Shown: piece after piece, positions 18,418-28,246 of the stretch
Position numbering within the stretch: the first letter of the stretch is position 1
Layout of the letters: the number at the start of each line of letters is the position of its first letter
Assembly: GCA_938091495.1 (NCBI GenBank)
Contig: CALLJF010000021.1
Coordinates: 1 to 63,463, forward strand
From: an uncultured Nitrososphaerales archaeon
GTDB taxonomy: Archaea; Thermoproteota; Nitrososphaeria; Nitrososphaerales; JACAEJ01
DNA: 63,463 bases
Reading direction: 5' to 3'
Position numbers and translations under genes: made by a program
Notes under the pieces: generated by a model
What the model was told of the DNA's origin: nothing
Databases searched by the model: none
The model's input: the letters and a program-made list of their open reading frames with translations, nothing else

Positions 18418-18717
18418 TCACTCCTCCTCTTCAATCTCCTCCTCAGCGTAACCTTCAATTGCTGTCTCTTCAACATGAACTTCAGGCTTTTCGGCACGAA
18501 ATAGAGAAGAAAGACCTGAAATTGCAGCGAGTATAACAAGGACGAGAAAGATCATGTCAAACCATCTATAACCCCAAAATATTTTGAATATATCTTTAGG
18601 TGAAGGCGGTAATATTATAGACGATGCGTAAAATACTATTGAGAGGAACAAAGGCGAAATGAATATTACAAATAATATCACAATAAGGGCACCAAAAAGT
18701 CTCACAGCTTGGGACAT
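18418..18717 (-). CDS. Complex I/Fpo subunit J, C-terminal half (J2)
   Basis: IFWGYRWFDMIFLVLVILAAISG resembles the NuoJ C-terminus; position between J1 and K. Confidence 0.65.
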   Translation of the reverse strand: MSQAVRLFGALIVILFVIFISPLFLSIVFYASSIILPPSPKDIFKIFWGYRWFDMIFLVLVILAAISGLSSLFRAEKPEVHVEETAIEGYAEEEIEEEE

Positions 18718-18719
18718 CT

Positions 18720-18956
18720 TTACCACCTTTTAATTGTATGTAATGTGATTAAAATTAGAATAACTACTGCTCCTGCATATATAAGAATCTGAAAGATAGT
18801 TGCATAAGGAGCGTTGAGCACGAGAAAAAGAAGAGCTGTAAGAACACTCATAAACAAGAATGCTACAACAGAGTGAATTACTCTCTCAAGCTTAACTGCG
18901 AGGAATGCTGTAATCAATGTTGAAGCAATCAAAAACAACTCGTATATTTCTGCCAT
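18720..18956 (-). CDS. nuoJ: Complex I/Fpo subunit J, N-terminal half (J1)
   Basis: AFLAVK.ERVIHSVVAF and A.YATIFQILIYAGAVVIL (NuoJ TM3 motif). Confidence 0.85.
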   Translation of the reverse strand: MAEIYELFLIASTLITAFLAVKLERVIHSVVAFLFMSVLTALLFLVLNAPYATIFQILIYAGAVVILILITLHTIKRW

Positions 18957-19070
18957 AAGTTAAACCTCCATTACCCCCTAAATTTTCTAAGATTTAAATT
19001 ATTTGTTTTTAAAATCAAAAGGTTTAAAAAAGGACTAAAAAACTCCTCTATAAGGAGTCGTGAGCGCTTT
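18957..19070. promoter_or_regulatory. Back-to-back promoters for the divergent nuoJ.. and nuoA.. operons
   Basis: Plus strand: AAAAGG-TTTAAAAA (19017-19030). Minus strand: TTTAAAT (18992-18998) with a purine-rich upstream element and GGAGGT RBS (18964-18969). Confidence 0.6.
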
Positions 19071-19448
19071 ATGAGCGACACATTTAACCTGCTGGCTCTA
19101 AGTTTATATTTCTTGATTTCTGTTTTAACATCTATATCTCTTTACGGAATGGGCCTAACTTTTGGTGAAAGAAAGCCAAATAAAGAGAAGAACATGTCTT
19201 TCGAGTGTGGACAGGTTCCAATCGGAAAGGCACACATAAGAGTTACTGTGCATTATTATCCTTACGCTCTTATATATGGAGTTTTTGCAGCCTTTGCAAT
19301 CCTTATGCTCATCTCTGCGCCTTATCTTGCCGAATTCGAACTTAAAACCATTCAATTCAACTTGATAGGCCTTCCTCTCATAGCGATAATAGTTTTAGCA
19401 ATAGTATTGATGATTGCAGCAATTTCTTTAAAAAATGCAAGATTATGA
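19071..19448 (+). CDS. nuoA: Complex I/Fpo subunit A
   Basis: K.PNKEKNMSFECGQ.PIG.A and YY.YALI motifs; three TM segments. Confidence 0.88.
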   Translation: MSDTFNLLALSLYFLISVLTSISLYGMGLTFGERKPNKEKNMSFECGQVPIGKAHIRVTVHYYPYALIYGVFAAFAILMLISAPYLAEFELKTIQFNLIGLPLIAIIVLAIVLMIAAISLKNARL

Positions 19449-19930
19449 AGGTGTTAAAAATGCTTGAAAAAATCAGAAAAAGTTTCATGAATATAAAACT
19501 TCTTCGAAAGGTTTTTAATTGGGGGAGGGCGTGGTCTTTATGGTCTGTGCATCTAGAGACTGGTTGTTGTGGTCCAGAGGATATGGCAAGAGCATGCGCA
19601 AGGTTTGATACAGAACGTTTTGGGACCCTTCCTTTCCCCACATTAAGAGAATGTGATTTGATATTCGTGACAGGCTTTGTCACAAAAAAGATGGCAAAAA
19701 GGCTTAAGTTAACTTATGAGCAGATGCCAGAACCAAAATATGTCATAGCTATTGGGCATTGTGCAATTTCTGGTGGATTATGGTGGGACTCTTATAGCGT
19801 AGTCCAAGGCGTAGATGAAATTTTACCTGTTGATGTTTACGTTCCAGGATGTCCTCCAAGACCTGAAGCCTGGATTCAAGGAATAAGGATGCTACAGGAA
19901 AAAATTGCTAAAGAGGGTTTGAAGAAATAA
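19445..19930 (+). CDS. nuoB: Complex I/Fpo subunit B
   Basis: GCCGPE, RFDTERFG, YEQMPEPKYVIAIG.CA.SGG and PVDVYVPGCPPRPE motifs. Confidence 0.95.
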   Translation: MKVLKMLEKIRKSFMNIKLLRKVFNWGRAWSLWSVHLETGCCGPEDMARACARFDTERFGTLPFPTLRECDLIFVTGFVTKKMAKRLKLTYEQMPEPKYVIAIGHCAISGGLWWDSYSVVQGVDEILPVDVYVPGCPPRPEAWIQGIRMLQEKIAKEGLKK

Positions 19931-20433
19931 TGAGTGTAGAAGAAAAAGTTATTGAGAGTGTCAAGACAAGATTTCCTGAAGATATAATCGAAGCCAAGGT
20001 CAAAAGAAAGAATAGAGTCTCTATATCTGTTAGAAGTAATAGAATTTATGATATCGGATTATTCTTAAGAGATGAGCTCGGGTTTAATCATATTACTTCA
20101 GTATCAGGTGTTGATTACATTGATATGAATGAACTTGAGGTCATTTACACTATTTGGTCAATAGATAAAAAGATTTTAGCAAGCTTACGAACAAAAATTC
20201 CAAGAGATAATCCAACCCTTAAATCTCTCATTAACGTATGGGAAGGGGTGCTTTATCATGAAAGAGAAACATGGGAGATGTTTGGGATAAAGTTTGAAGG
20301 ACATCCTGACTTGTCCTCACTTCTCCTCCCTGAAGAATGGGATGGCCCACCACCACTCCGCAAGGACTTTCTCCTTCCAGAGACTCCTCAAGAAAAGTTA
20401 GAGGAGAAGATCAAAAGGGCAGGTGGTTGGTGA
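19930..20433 (+). CDS. nuoC: Complex I/Fpo subunit C
   Basis: ERETWEMFGIKFEGHPDL..LLLPEEW...PLRKDF. Confidence 0.95.
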   Translation: MSVEEKVIESVKTRFPEDIIEAKVKRKNRVSISVRSNRIYDIGLFLRDELGFNHITSVSGVDYIDMNELEVIYTIWSIDKKILASLRTKIPRDNPTLKSLINVWEGVLYHERETWEMFGIKFEGHPDLSSLLLPEEWDGPPPLRKDFLLPETPQEKLEEKIKRAGGW

Positions 20434-21518
20434 ACGTGTCTGTAATGAAATTAAGTATGGGGCCTCAGCACCCTATAACAGGGCACTTTAGGTTTATTTT
20501 AGATGTTGATGGTGATTTAGTTTTAAAGCTTGAACCAGATATAGGTTATACTCACAGAGGAATAGAGAAACTAGCTGAGAAAAGAACATACCTCCAAAAT
20601 TTACCAGTTATTGAGAGAGTTAATAGCTATTGCGATAGTGCAGGAACGATGCTTGGATACCTAGAAGCTATAGAGGAGTTGATGGGTTTAGAGGTACCTG
20701 AAAGAGCTAAGTATCTTAGAGTTATAGCTGCCGAATTAAATAGAATAGCTAGCCATCTATATGCTGCATGTCTATTCTCAGTTGCAACAGGGCTCGAAAC
20801 CATGTTAATGTGGCCCATTAACGATAGGGAGTTAGTATTGGATCTACTTGAGAAGTTAACAGGGCAAAGAATTACTTACACATACCAAACTATAGGAGGA
20901 GTTCGCTTTGATATGCCAGAAGGATTTAAGGAGGAAGCCCTAAAGAGACTTGATTATCTTGAGAAAAGGACCGAAGACTACTATAAGATGCTACTATGGA
21001 ATCATACATTTCATATGAGGACGAAAAAAGTTGGCATATTGAAACCATCCGATGCCATAAAGTTAGGAGTAGTGGGCCCAAACCTTCGAGCTTCTGGAGT
21101 TAAGGTTGATGTTAGAAAGGATGAGCCTTATGAAGTTTATGACAAATTTGACTTTTCGATACCAACAGGGAAGAATGGCGACTCCTATGATAGATTAGAA
21201 GTGAGGTTTAAGGAAGTGGAGCAGAGTATAAACATATTGAGGCAAGCGTTAAAAGATATACCAAAAGGGCCTATAAAGAAATGGGCGCCGCCAATAGTGC
21301 CCAAAGGTGAAGCTTACACTAGGGTTGAAGCAGCCCGAGGAGAGTTTGGCTACTACATTGTAGCGGATGGAACTATGAAGCCGTATAGGCTTAAGATGAG
21401 CCCTCCATCTTTCAGAAATCTAATAGCACTCCCTCACTTATGCAAGAACGTGCCACTTGGTGATATACCTGTGATATACATAAGCCTTGACCTGATACCC
21501 ATGGATGTAGACAGGTGA
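20430..21518 (+). CDS. nuoD: Complex I/Fpo subunit D (no NiFe CxxC motifs)
   Basis: MGPQHP..GHFR, GYTHRGIEKLAE, GEFG and ISLDLIPMDVDR motifs; GTG start overlaps the nuoC stop, RBS AGGTGG. Confidence 0.93.
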   Translation: MNVSVMKLSMGPQHPITGHFRFILDVDGDLVLKLEPDIGYTHRGIEKLAEKRTYLQNLPVIERVNSYCDSAGTMLGYLEAIEELMGLEVPERAKYLRVIAAELNRIASHLYAACLFSVATGLETMLMWPINDRELVLDLLEKLTGQRITYTYQTIGGVRFDMPEGFKEEALKRLDYLEKRTEDYYKMLLWNHTFHMRTKKVGILKPSDAIKLGVVGPNLRASGVKVDVRKDEPYEVYDKFDFSIPTGKNGDSYDRLEVRFKEVEQSINILRQALKDIPKGPIKKWAPPIVPKGEAYTRVEAARGEFGYYIVADGTMKPYRLKMSPPSFRNLIALPHLCKNVPLGDIPVIYISLDLIPMDVDR

Positions 21519-21523
21519 TAAAA

Positions 21524-22573
21524 ATGATACCGATATTGAGTTTTTCTGAGTTTATCGAGTTAATATTGAAGGTTTTGATCTTTCCCGGCCTAGCGTTCCC
21601 ATTATTATTTGCCATGATAGTGATCTGGTTTGAACGTAAATTCCTTGCAAGGATAATGCTTAGAATAGGACCGCTTCACGTAGGGCCTCTCAATAGAACA
21701 GGATTATTCCAACCAATCGCCGATTTCCTCAAGCTGATTCAGAAGGAGATCATAGTCCCAGATAATGCCTATAAATTCCTCTATAATATTGCTCCGATAA
21801 TGGCATCCATAGTCGCTTCGATGAGTGTAGCCTTCATACCATACGCTCCAAAGCCAGACGGTGGCTACTGGATGATATACTACACGCCATTGAGCTTATT
21901 GGTAATTTTAGCTATCTTCACTGCTAGACCGTTCATAATGGTTGGGGCAGGATGGGCATCTAATAGCAAGTACTGCACTATAGGTGCATTGAGGGCTGCT
22001 TTGCAACTCCTGGCTTACGAAGTACCTATTACACTTTCCTTAGCTAGCATAGTGATAATGAGTGGGACTTTTGACTTGGCCAAGATCGTTGAGACTCAGT
22101 CATCAATTTGGTTCATAATCCTTCAACCCATCGGCTTCATAGTCATATTAATCGCTATGATGGCTGAACTTTCAAGAAGACCGTTCGATATACCTCTTGC
22201 TGAACAAGAGGTAGTATTCGGTTGGCCAACAGAATATACTGGCACTCAGTTCGCCCTTGTGATGGTCTCAGAGTACTTTGACCTTTGCGCTGTCACCTCT
22301 CTTATAACCGTGCTCTTCTTAGGTGGATGGAGCGGACCTGTCATACCACTTTTAAATGATATATCTCCAATTTTATCAGGAGTATTTTGGTTCTTTCTTA
22401 AGATGGCAATATTAACAGTAATCATAATAATGGGAAGAGGCATTTATCCCCGTCTGAGAATAGATCAACTACTTGATACTGGTTGGACACTTTTGATTCC
22501 ATTAGCCATTATACAGATAATCATTACGCTTTTAACAGCGCAATGGTGGCTTCCATTAGTAAGAGGTGCTTGA
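21524..22573 (+). CDS. nuoH: Complex I/Fpo subunit H
   Basis: ERKFLARI..RIGP..VG, GLFQPIADFLKL..KE and R.PFD.P.AEQE motifs. Confidence 0.95.
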   Translation: MIPILSFSEFIELILKVLIFPGLAFPLLFAMIVIWFERKFLARIMLRIGPLHVGPLNRTGLFQPIADFLKLIQKEIIVPDNAYKFLYNIAPIMASIVASMSVAFIPYAPKPDGGYWMIYYTPLSLLVILAIFTARPFIMVGAGWASNSKYCTIGALRAALQLLAYEVPITLSLASIVIMSGTFDLAKIVETQSSIWFIILQPIGFIVILIAMMAELSRRPFDIPLAEQEVVFGWPTEYTGTQFALVMVSEYFDLCAVTSLITVLFLGGWSGPVIPLLNDISPILSGVFWFFLKMAILTVIIIMGRGIYPRLRIDQLLDTGWTLLIPLAIIQIIITLLTAQWWLPLVRGA

Positions 22574-23010
22574 TATTGGTCGTAGATATAATTAGACCTT
22601 TCTTCCTAGGCTTTTACCATGCTTTTAAGAGGACATTTACCGTTAAGCACCCGTTTGTAAGGTTAAAGCCAACAGATAGGTATAGAGGCAGAGTCGTACT
22701 CAATATAGATAGATGCATCAGTTGTAGATCATGTGTGAACGTATGCCCTAACAAGGCATTAGAAATGGTCAAGTTTGAAAAGAAACTAATTCCTCAGTAT
22801 GATGCTGGGCGTTGTTGCTTATGCAACTTGTGCGTAGAGATATGCCCTGCGATAGCTCTTTCTATGAGTTATGAAGTTGAATTTAGCGAGTACACAAGAA
22901 AGGGTTTAATACATACACCGGATAGATTCAGTCAACCACCAAAGCCAATAGCTGAGAAGACTGTAACAGTAAAGATTCTGGATAAAAAGCGTGGTGTAGC
23001 TCATAAATAG
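22570..23010 (+). CDS. nuoI: Complex I/Fpo subunit I (2x[4Fe-4S])
   Basis: CISCRSCVNVCP and CCLCNLCVEICP; TTG start with GAGGTG RBS overlaps the nuoH stop. Confidence 0.93.
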   Translation: MILVVDIIRPFFLGFYHAFKRTFTVKHPFVRLKPTDRYRGRVVLNIDRCISCRSCVNVCPNKALEMVKFEKKLIPQYDAGRCCLCNLCVEICPAIALSMSYEVEFSEYTRKGLIHTPDRFSQPPKPIAEKTVTVKILDKKRGVAHK

Positions 23011-23093
23011 CAATTTATGGGCATTGTCTAGACTTATACATTAAACGTAAATTAAAAAGCATCCAATATATCCTTCAAATAGGGTGCAAAAGA

Positions 23094-24386
23094 TTGTACG
23101 ATATAGTTGTGGCAGGAGCAGGTATATCGGGCTGTATCATTTCTTATCTTTTGGCAAAAAAGGGCTTTAAAGTCTGTCTTATTGATGTGAAAAGAGCCGA
23201 AGACGTTGGGGATAAGGTTTGTGGTGATGCTTTGATCGGTAGAGGGCTTGATCTATTGGGCTTTGAACCTCCTAGCGGTGCTATAACGAATGTAGCCTCA
23301 GCCCTACGCTTTTATGCTTCTGGTATGGCGCCTATCACACTAAAGACAAGAGTCTTTCTTTTGGATAGGCCAAGGTTTGGGCAATACTTTCTTCATAAGG
23401 CTGTAGATAATGGCTCCATATTCGTAGATAAGTGCAGAGCCTTCGCTCCGATACTGGAAGGTGATAAAATTATAGGTATTAAAGCTAGAACCGACAATTC
23501 TCAGGTCGAGCTTTTTGCAAAAGTCACAATAGATGCTAGTGGTATTAACTGTGCAATAAGAAGAAATCTGCCCAAGGATTGGTGGGTTTCTAAGCCGATT
23601 GGGAGAAACAATTTAGCATTATGCTACAGAGAGATTAGAAAGTTAAAAGAATCAAAAGTTAACACAGAGTATTGTGATGTATTTTATGATGGAAAAGTGG
23701 TACCTAAAGGGTACTATTGGATCTTTCCAAAACGAGATGATTTAGTTAATGTAGGGCTTGGTGCCAGAATGACCACAATAAACTATGACCTTAAAGAGAG
23801 GCTCTACAAACACATACTCTCTAATCCAGTTTTTAACGAATCAGAAATATTAGCTAGTGGTTTTGGCATGTTACCAATAAGTCCTCCTTTGAGTTGCTCT
23901 ACAGCATCAGGCTTCATAGCAATTGGGGATGCGGCTGAACAAGTAAATCCTTTCATAGGCGAGGGTATTCGCCCATCCATCATATCTGCCTATATCGCTG
24001 CTGAAACTATAACAAAGTCAAAAGACTTCGATCAAGACCATTTATGGAGCTATAACGTAGACTTCATGAAGAAGCTTGGCATAAGGCATGCCATGTTTGC
24101 AGCTTTTGGTTCCTTCTTTGAGAGACTTAACTACGAAGAGGTTAAACCCTTGCTTTCTGTGTATGAAGGTGGTGCATACAAATTTGATGATTTTGAAGAT
24201 TTTAACATAGGCTTGCTTTTAACTCTTAAAGCTTTTTTGAAAGGCTTTAAGCAACTTAAATCTATACGAAGGGAGATATCTATCATAAAATCCGTCCTTT
24301 CAATATACAAAGATTATCCTGATTCTCCTAAAACCTTTTTAGAATGGATGCATAAGGCTGAGGGATTCTGGAAAGATTATTCCTAA
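23094..24386 (+). CDS. Geranylgeranyl reductase-family FAD oxidoreductase
   Basis: YDIVVAGAGISG, KVCGDA, GYYWIFPK..VNVGLG and IGDAA.QVNPFIGEGI motifs. Confidence 0.88.
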   Translation: MYDIVVAGAGISGCIISYLLAKKGFKVCLIDVKRAEDVGDKVCGDALIGRGLDLLGFEPPSGAITNVASALRFYASGMAPITLKTRVFLLDRPRFGQYFLHKAVDNGSIFVDKCRAFAPILEGDKIIGIKARTDNSQVELFAKVTIDASGINCAIRRNLPKDWWVSKPIGRNNLALCYREIRKLKESKVNTEYCDVFYDGKVVPKGYYWIFPKRDDLVNVGLGARMTTINYDLKERLYKHILSNPVFNESEILASGFGMLPISPPLSCSTASGFIAIGDAAEQVNPFIGEGIRPSIISAYIAAETITKSKDFDQDHLWSYNVDFMKKLGIRHAMFAAFGSFFERLNYEEVKPLLSVYEGGAYKFDDFEDFNIGLLLTLKAFLKGFKQLKSIRREISIIKSVLSIYKDYPDSPKTFLEWMHKAEGFWKDYS

Positions 24387-24474
24387 AACTTATGACTTGA
24401 AACTGATCGTAACAAGAAGCATACTATAAGAAAAAGGCTAATAAATGGCATCTAGAATATTTTTTTGATAAAGT

Positions 24475-25392
24475 TTGTCAAAGCTGAATATCTGGATGAA
24501 GATGATAAGAGCTCCCTTCCTGTCTTTAGTAATCATATTCACTCCAGTAACTCTAGCAATGGCTTGGAATAGAGGCTACTTCAATCCTCTCGATGCAGTT
24601 TTGACTTTTATAGGTGTGCTATGCCTTCATGCCAGCGCAAATACTTTTAACAATTATTTCGATTATAAGAGTGGAATAGATGTTATAACTATTCCTACGC
24701 CCTTTAGCGGAGGTAGCAAAGTGCTTTCAAATAAGGAGCTCAAACCTAAGAGTGCCTTAAAGTTGGCATCTGGGCTCTTGGCTATAGGAGCAACCATAGG
24801 TATTTACTTCTCATTTATAAGATTCGAATTTACTTCTTATGGTTGGGTAATAGCGACTCTACTGCTAATCTCAGCCATATCCATCTACTTCTATTCAACG
24901 AAGTTCGCAAGTTGGGGCTTAGGCGAGCTCTTCGTAGGTTTAAACTTCGGCCCTCTCCTTTCTATGGGTGTATACTATGTTCAGGCAAGAACAATCAGTC
25001 TAGAACCTATTCTCATAGGAACGGTATTGGGAATATTGACAGCGGGAGTTCTTTACATAAACGAGTTTCCAGATTATGATGCAGACAAGTCCAAGGGGAG
25101 ATACCATTTGATTGTGAGAATGGGAAAAGATAAGGCGACCAAGGGGTTCAAAGTCTTGATGTTTAGTGCCTATGCCTTGATCATACTAGGTGTGATTAGT
25201 CAAGTTATCCCATTCACTACTCTTATAGGCTTAGCAACGCTACCATTTGCCATTAAAGCTTCTAAAATCTTGAATAAAAACTACGACTCACCTGTGGCTT
25301 TGACTCCAGGCATGGCATCGACTATAATGTGTACTCTGTTGACAGGTGTAACACTAACAATCGCTTATCTGATCAGCGGTTTCTACTTATAA
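24475..25392 (+). CDS. menA: UbiA-family prenyltransferase, MenA-like
   Basis: WMKMIRAPFL, N..NNYFDYKSG.D, PFSGGS and INEFPDYDAD...GR..L motifs; multi-TM. Confidence 0.8.
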   Translation: MSKLNIWMKMIRAPFLSLVIIFTPVTLAMAWNRGYFNPLDAVLTFIGVLCLHASANTFNNYFDYKSGIDVITIPTPFSGGSKVLSNKELKPKSALKLASGLLAIGATIGIYFSFIRFEFTSYGWVIATLLLISAISIYFYSTKFASWGLGELFVGLNFGPLLSMGVYYVQARTISLEPILIGTVLGILTAGVLYINEFPDYDADKSKGRYHLIVRMGKDKATKGFKVLMFSAYALIILGVISQVIPFTTLIGLATLPFAIKASKILNKNYDSPVALTPGMASTIMCTLLTGVTLTIAYLISGFYL

Positions 25393-25401
25393 CTTCAAAA
25401 A

Positions 25402-26625
25402 GTGATAATACAGTTGAGCGAGAGGCATTACGATGCTATAGTCGTTGGTGCAGGTCCTGCAGGTTCTTCCGTTGCAAGAAAAGCCGCTGAGCAAGGCGTT
25501 AATGTGCTTATTATAGACAGGAAAAGGGATATAGGATACCCTATACAATGTGGAGAGCTTGTTCCAACTGTGGAAGAATTTCCAAACATCCTTCCAAGGG
25601 CAAAGAGGGCTGAAAAGCTCTTTAACCTGCCTAAATGGGTTATATCGAATACTTGTTCAAGAGTAGCTGTTATCGGTCCATCGAAGAAGATCCATGAGTT
25701 TAATTTTGGTCAAAACATACTTGATAGAAGCAGATTCGATAAATGGCTTGTAATGAATGCCACTAAGGCTGGGGCAGAATTATGGACCTGTTGCAATGCT
25801 ATTAAAGCAGAGAGTGATGGCAGGGAAGTCCTAGTAAAAAAAGAGGGAAAGATTCTTAGACTTAAAGCGAATGTATTGGTTGCAGCAGATGGTCCATCAT
25901 CAAACATGGCAAAAAATCTTGGATTAGGTTCAAGCAATCCTAAAGATTTGATAGTGACTATGGAGTATTTGATGGGAGGAGTTGAAATCGATGCTGATTT
26001 GACTGAGGTTTACTTTGGAAAAGAATACGCGCCAGGAGGCTATGCCTGGATAATCCCTAAAGGAGAAAGCATGGCAAATGTCGGACTTGGTATAAGAACA
26101 TCTTTTTCTGAGAGAGGAGTATCTTTGAAGGATTATCTTGATAGGTTCATTAACAAGCATCCTATAGCCTCAAAGAAGTTTCAGAAAGGAGCAATACTAT
26201 CAAGGACTGGAGGGTTGGTTCCAGTTGGTGGACCTATTGAAAAGACATATAGTGAAAATGCCATAGTTGTAGGTGATGCTGCCGGTCAAGTCATGGCAAC
26301 AAATGGAGGGGGGATTCCACCAGCAGTTATCTGTGGGGATATAGGTGGGGAAGCTATTGTTCAAAAATTAAGAGGAGAGAATGATCTATCTTTTTATGAA
26401 AAAGAATGGAAGAGCGAAGTTGGAAAGGAACTTGATGCAGGTGTAAAGATAAGAAAGATAGTGGATATTGCTTTGCGCAGCGATAAACTTGCTGAGAGAA
26501 TCTTCGAAATATTCGAAGGGAAGATCGTAAGAGAAGTGATTCTTTGTCGTCTATCTATGCCCTTAAATCTCGTTTATAAGACCGTGATGGGTCTAAGACG
26601 AACCCTGAAAGTTTTGGAGAGATGA
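25402..26625 (+). CDS. Geranylgeranyl reductase (DGGGPL reductase-like)
   Basis: YDAIVVGAGPAGS, P..CGE, APGGYAWIIPKG...ANVGLG and VGDAAGQV.ATNGGGI motifs. Confidence 0.9.
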   Translation: MIIQLSERHYDAIVVGAGPAGSSVARKAAEQGVNVLIIDRKRDIGYPIQCGELVPTVEEFPNILPRAKRAEKLFNLPKWVISNTCSRVAVIGPSKKIHEFNFGQNILDRSRFDKWLVMNATKAGAELWTCCNAIKAESDGREVLVKKEGKILRLKANVLVAADGPSSNMAKNLGLGSSNPKDLIVTMEYLMGGVEIDADLTEVYFGKEYAPGGYAWIIPKGESMANVGLGIRTSFSERGVSLKDYLDRFINKHPIASKKFQKGAILSRTGGLVPVGGPIEKTYSENAIVVGDAAGQVMATNGGGIPPAVICGDIGGEAIVQKLRGENDLSFYEKEWKSEVGKELDAGVKIRKIVDIALRSDKLAERIFEIFEGKIVREVILCRLSMPLNLVYKTVMGLRRTLKVLER

Positions 26626-26854
26626 AGTTTCATTTGTTTTTTTCTATGATCTCTAGGTCTGAATACAATGTATTATCCATTACATCTAACGAATCTTTTT
26701 GCATCGCCTCTAATCCTATCTTCCAATTTTTAGTATCACTATGAAATTATTGGCAAATCAGACTAATAAATTGCTTTGAAAATTCAATTTGTTTGAACTA
26801 GGACTTGAAACTTTAAAGAAAAAAGTTATTAGCCTTTTTGTTGTTGCATCGGAT

Positions 26855-27259
26855 ATGGGATTTCTTGGGACGAGGGCTATCTGGCTATCCGACCAAAATG
26901 TATTATTACAAATAGCTATACTTGCCATCCTGATAATAGGCATAAACTTTGCCAAGAAGAACCTCGTAGTGCATGGTAGGATTCAAACGCTTGCAGTCAT
27001 CTTGAATGCTATTTTGATACTCTTTATAATGATCCCATCGCTAATAGGAGGTTTTGGTTTCTTCCTTGCTGAGCTTTACTCAGTTGGGACATTGATCGTT
27101 CTTGGCCATGCAACCCTTGGAAGCATAACAGAGGTTCTTGGAGCCATACTTATCTTCAGAAAGTTTGGGAATGTAAAGAGATGGATGAGAATTGAATCTT
27201 CTCTCTGGTTCATATCAATTTTTCTGGGCTTCTCTATTTACATATATTACTATGTTTAA
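26855..27259 (+). CDS. DUF420-like four-TM membrane protein
   Basis: MGFLGT.A..LSD..VLLQI, KK....HG..Q..A..LN and second His in GHATLG; start refined to ATG 26855. Confidence 0.6.
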   Translation: MGFLGTRAIWLSDQNVLLQIAILAILIIGINFAKKNLVVHGRIQTLAVILNAILILFIMIPSLIGGFGFFLAELYSVGTLIVLGHATLGSITEVLGAILIFRKFGNVKRWMRIESSLWFISIFLGFSIYIYYYV

Positions 27260-27312
27260 CCCTAACCACTCTTCAGCGTATTCCTAACATTCCTGATTTT
27301 TCAAGATTTAGT

Positions 27313-27810
27313 CTATTTTGCTCTCCTTGCTAAGGCTACATATACATTGATTATTGATATCAGGAATCCAAGTATGGCAATTCCAATCAAGATTCCAATC
27401 GGCTGAACGTACCCAATTATACTCTCGTGGATTTGGGGTATTGGAACTCCGTTCAGAAGACCAGTACCTCCAACGAATCCTGACCAGCCAAGAAGCCACG
27501 TTGAACCCAAAAGTCCTATCTCCCATAGGATCAAGCCCAGCCAAGTTGCTTTACTATTGGGTGTTTTGTTCTTGACAGCTGAAATTATGTAATGAACCGT
27601 CCCACAACCTAGTATTCCTGCACATCCAACTATCATAAAAGTAATGTAGCCCACAAAGAACCATGTTCCGACCGAACCTCCCGCGATTATCTGTGGCAAT
27701 CTCAGGTTAACAATCTCAGGTGGAATTATTATGAGGGCAGTCCATATAGCAGTCACTATAGCGTTGAATGAAGCAAAGTAGAAGAATCTCATGAATTGAC
27801 CATTGGTCAT
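27313..27810 (-). CDS. Conserved membrane protein, unknown function
   Basis: Four to five TM segments; IIAGGS.GTWF..GY and IHE motifs resemble a Nitrososphaeria hypothetical family (from recall); start taken at MTNG. Confidence 0.65.
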   Translation of the reverse strand: MTNGQFMRFFYFASFNAIVTAIWTALIIIPPEIVNLRLPQIIAGGSVGTWFFVGYITFMIVGCAGILGCGTVHYIISAVKNKTPNSKATWLGLILWEIGLLGSTWLLGWSGFVGGTGLLNGVPIPQIHESIIGYVQPIGILIGIAILGFLISIINVYVALARRAK

Positions 27811-27903
27811 GCCACTGTAATGGTAATGTGGGTTTAAAAATTTTTGTGTCCATTGCAATAATATTGCTAATTTTTAAAGTTTAATGGCTTGTTTACTAAC
27901 AAG

Positions 27904-28006
27904 TGGCGGGCTCGCGGGGACTTGAACCCCGGACCTACAGCTTAGGAGGCTCGGCCAAGAGTCTGCCGCGCTTTCCGGTATTATATCCATGCTGCGCTAC
28001 GAGCCC
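27904..28006 (-). tRNA. tRNA-Arg(CCT) with encoded CCA and two non-canonical introns (D-loop about 20/21 at 27973-27984; 30/31 at 27950-27962)
   Basis: Acceptor GGGCTCG/CGAGCCC, G73-CCA, T-arm CGGGG TTCAAGT CCCCG. Removing the inserts restores D-stem GCGC/GCGC and anticodon stem GCAGC/GCTGT; BHB central helix CGGC/GCCG for the second intron. Confidence 0.9.
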
Positions 28007-28246
28007 GTTAGGCGTATTTATAAATACGCCTCACTGATGTTAACATAAAGATTCATTTAAGGTTTAGCGTGAAAGATTGAGCTTTAGCGAACGAGACATG
28101 TTATCTTAGTTAAATAATTAGCCAAATCTCTCTCGAAGAGCAAAATTTTTCCTATATTACTCCCAGAATATCCTGTGCTTCTCATTCTTTTATCCTCTGA
28201 TGGGAGTAAATAGTATCGAACTCTTTTGCATTTATTTAAATTTAGA

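Noticed and set aside
20337-20429. Long N-terminal extension of nuoD (similar extensions in the track at 22483, 28557, 28777, 38527)
   Set aside because: They overlap neighbouring genes; downstream starts with RBS or coupling fit family lengths better.
20430-21518. Group 4 NiFe-hydrogenase large subunit
   Set aside because: Both CxxC Ni-binding motifs are absent (RVNSYCDS; LDLIPMDVDR).
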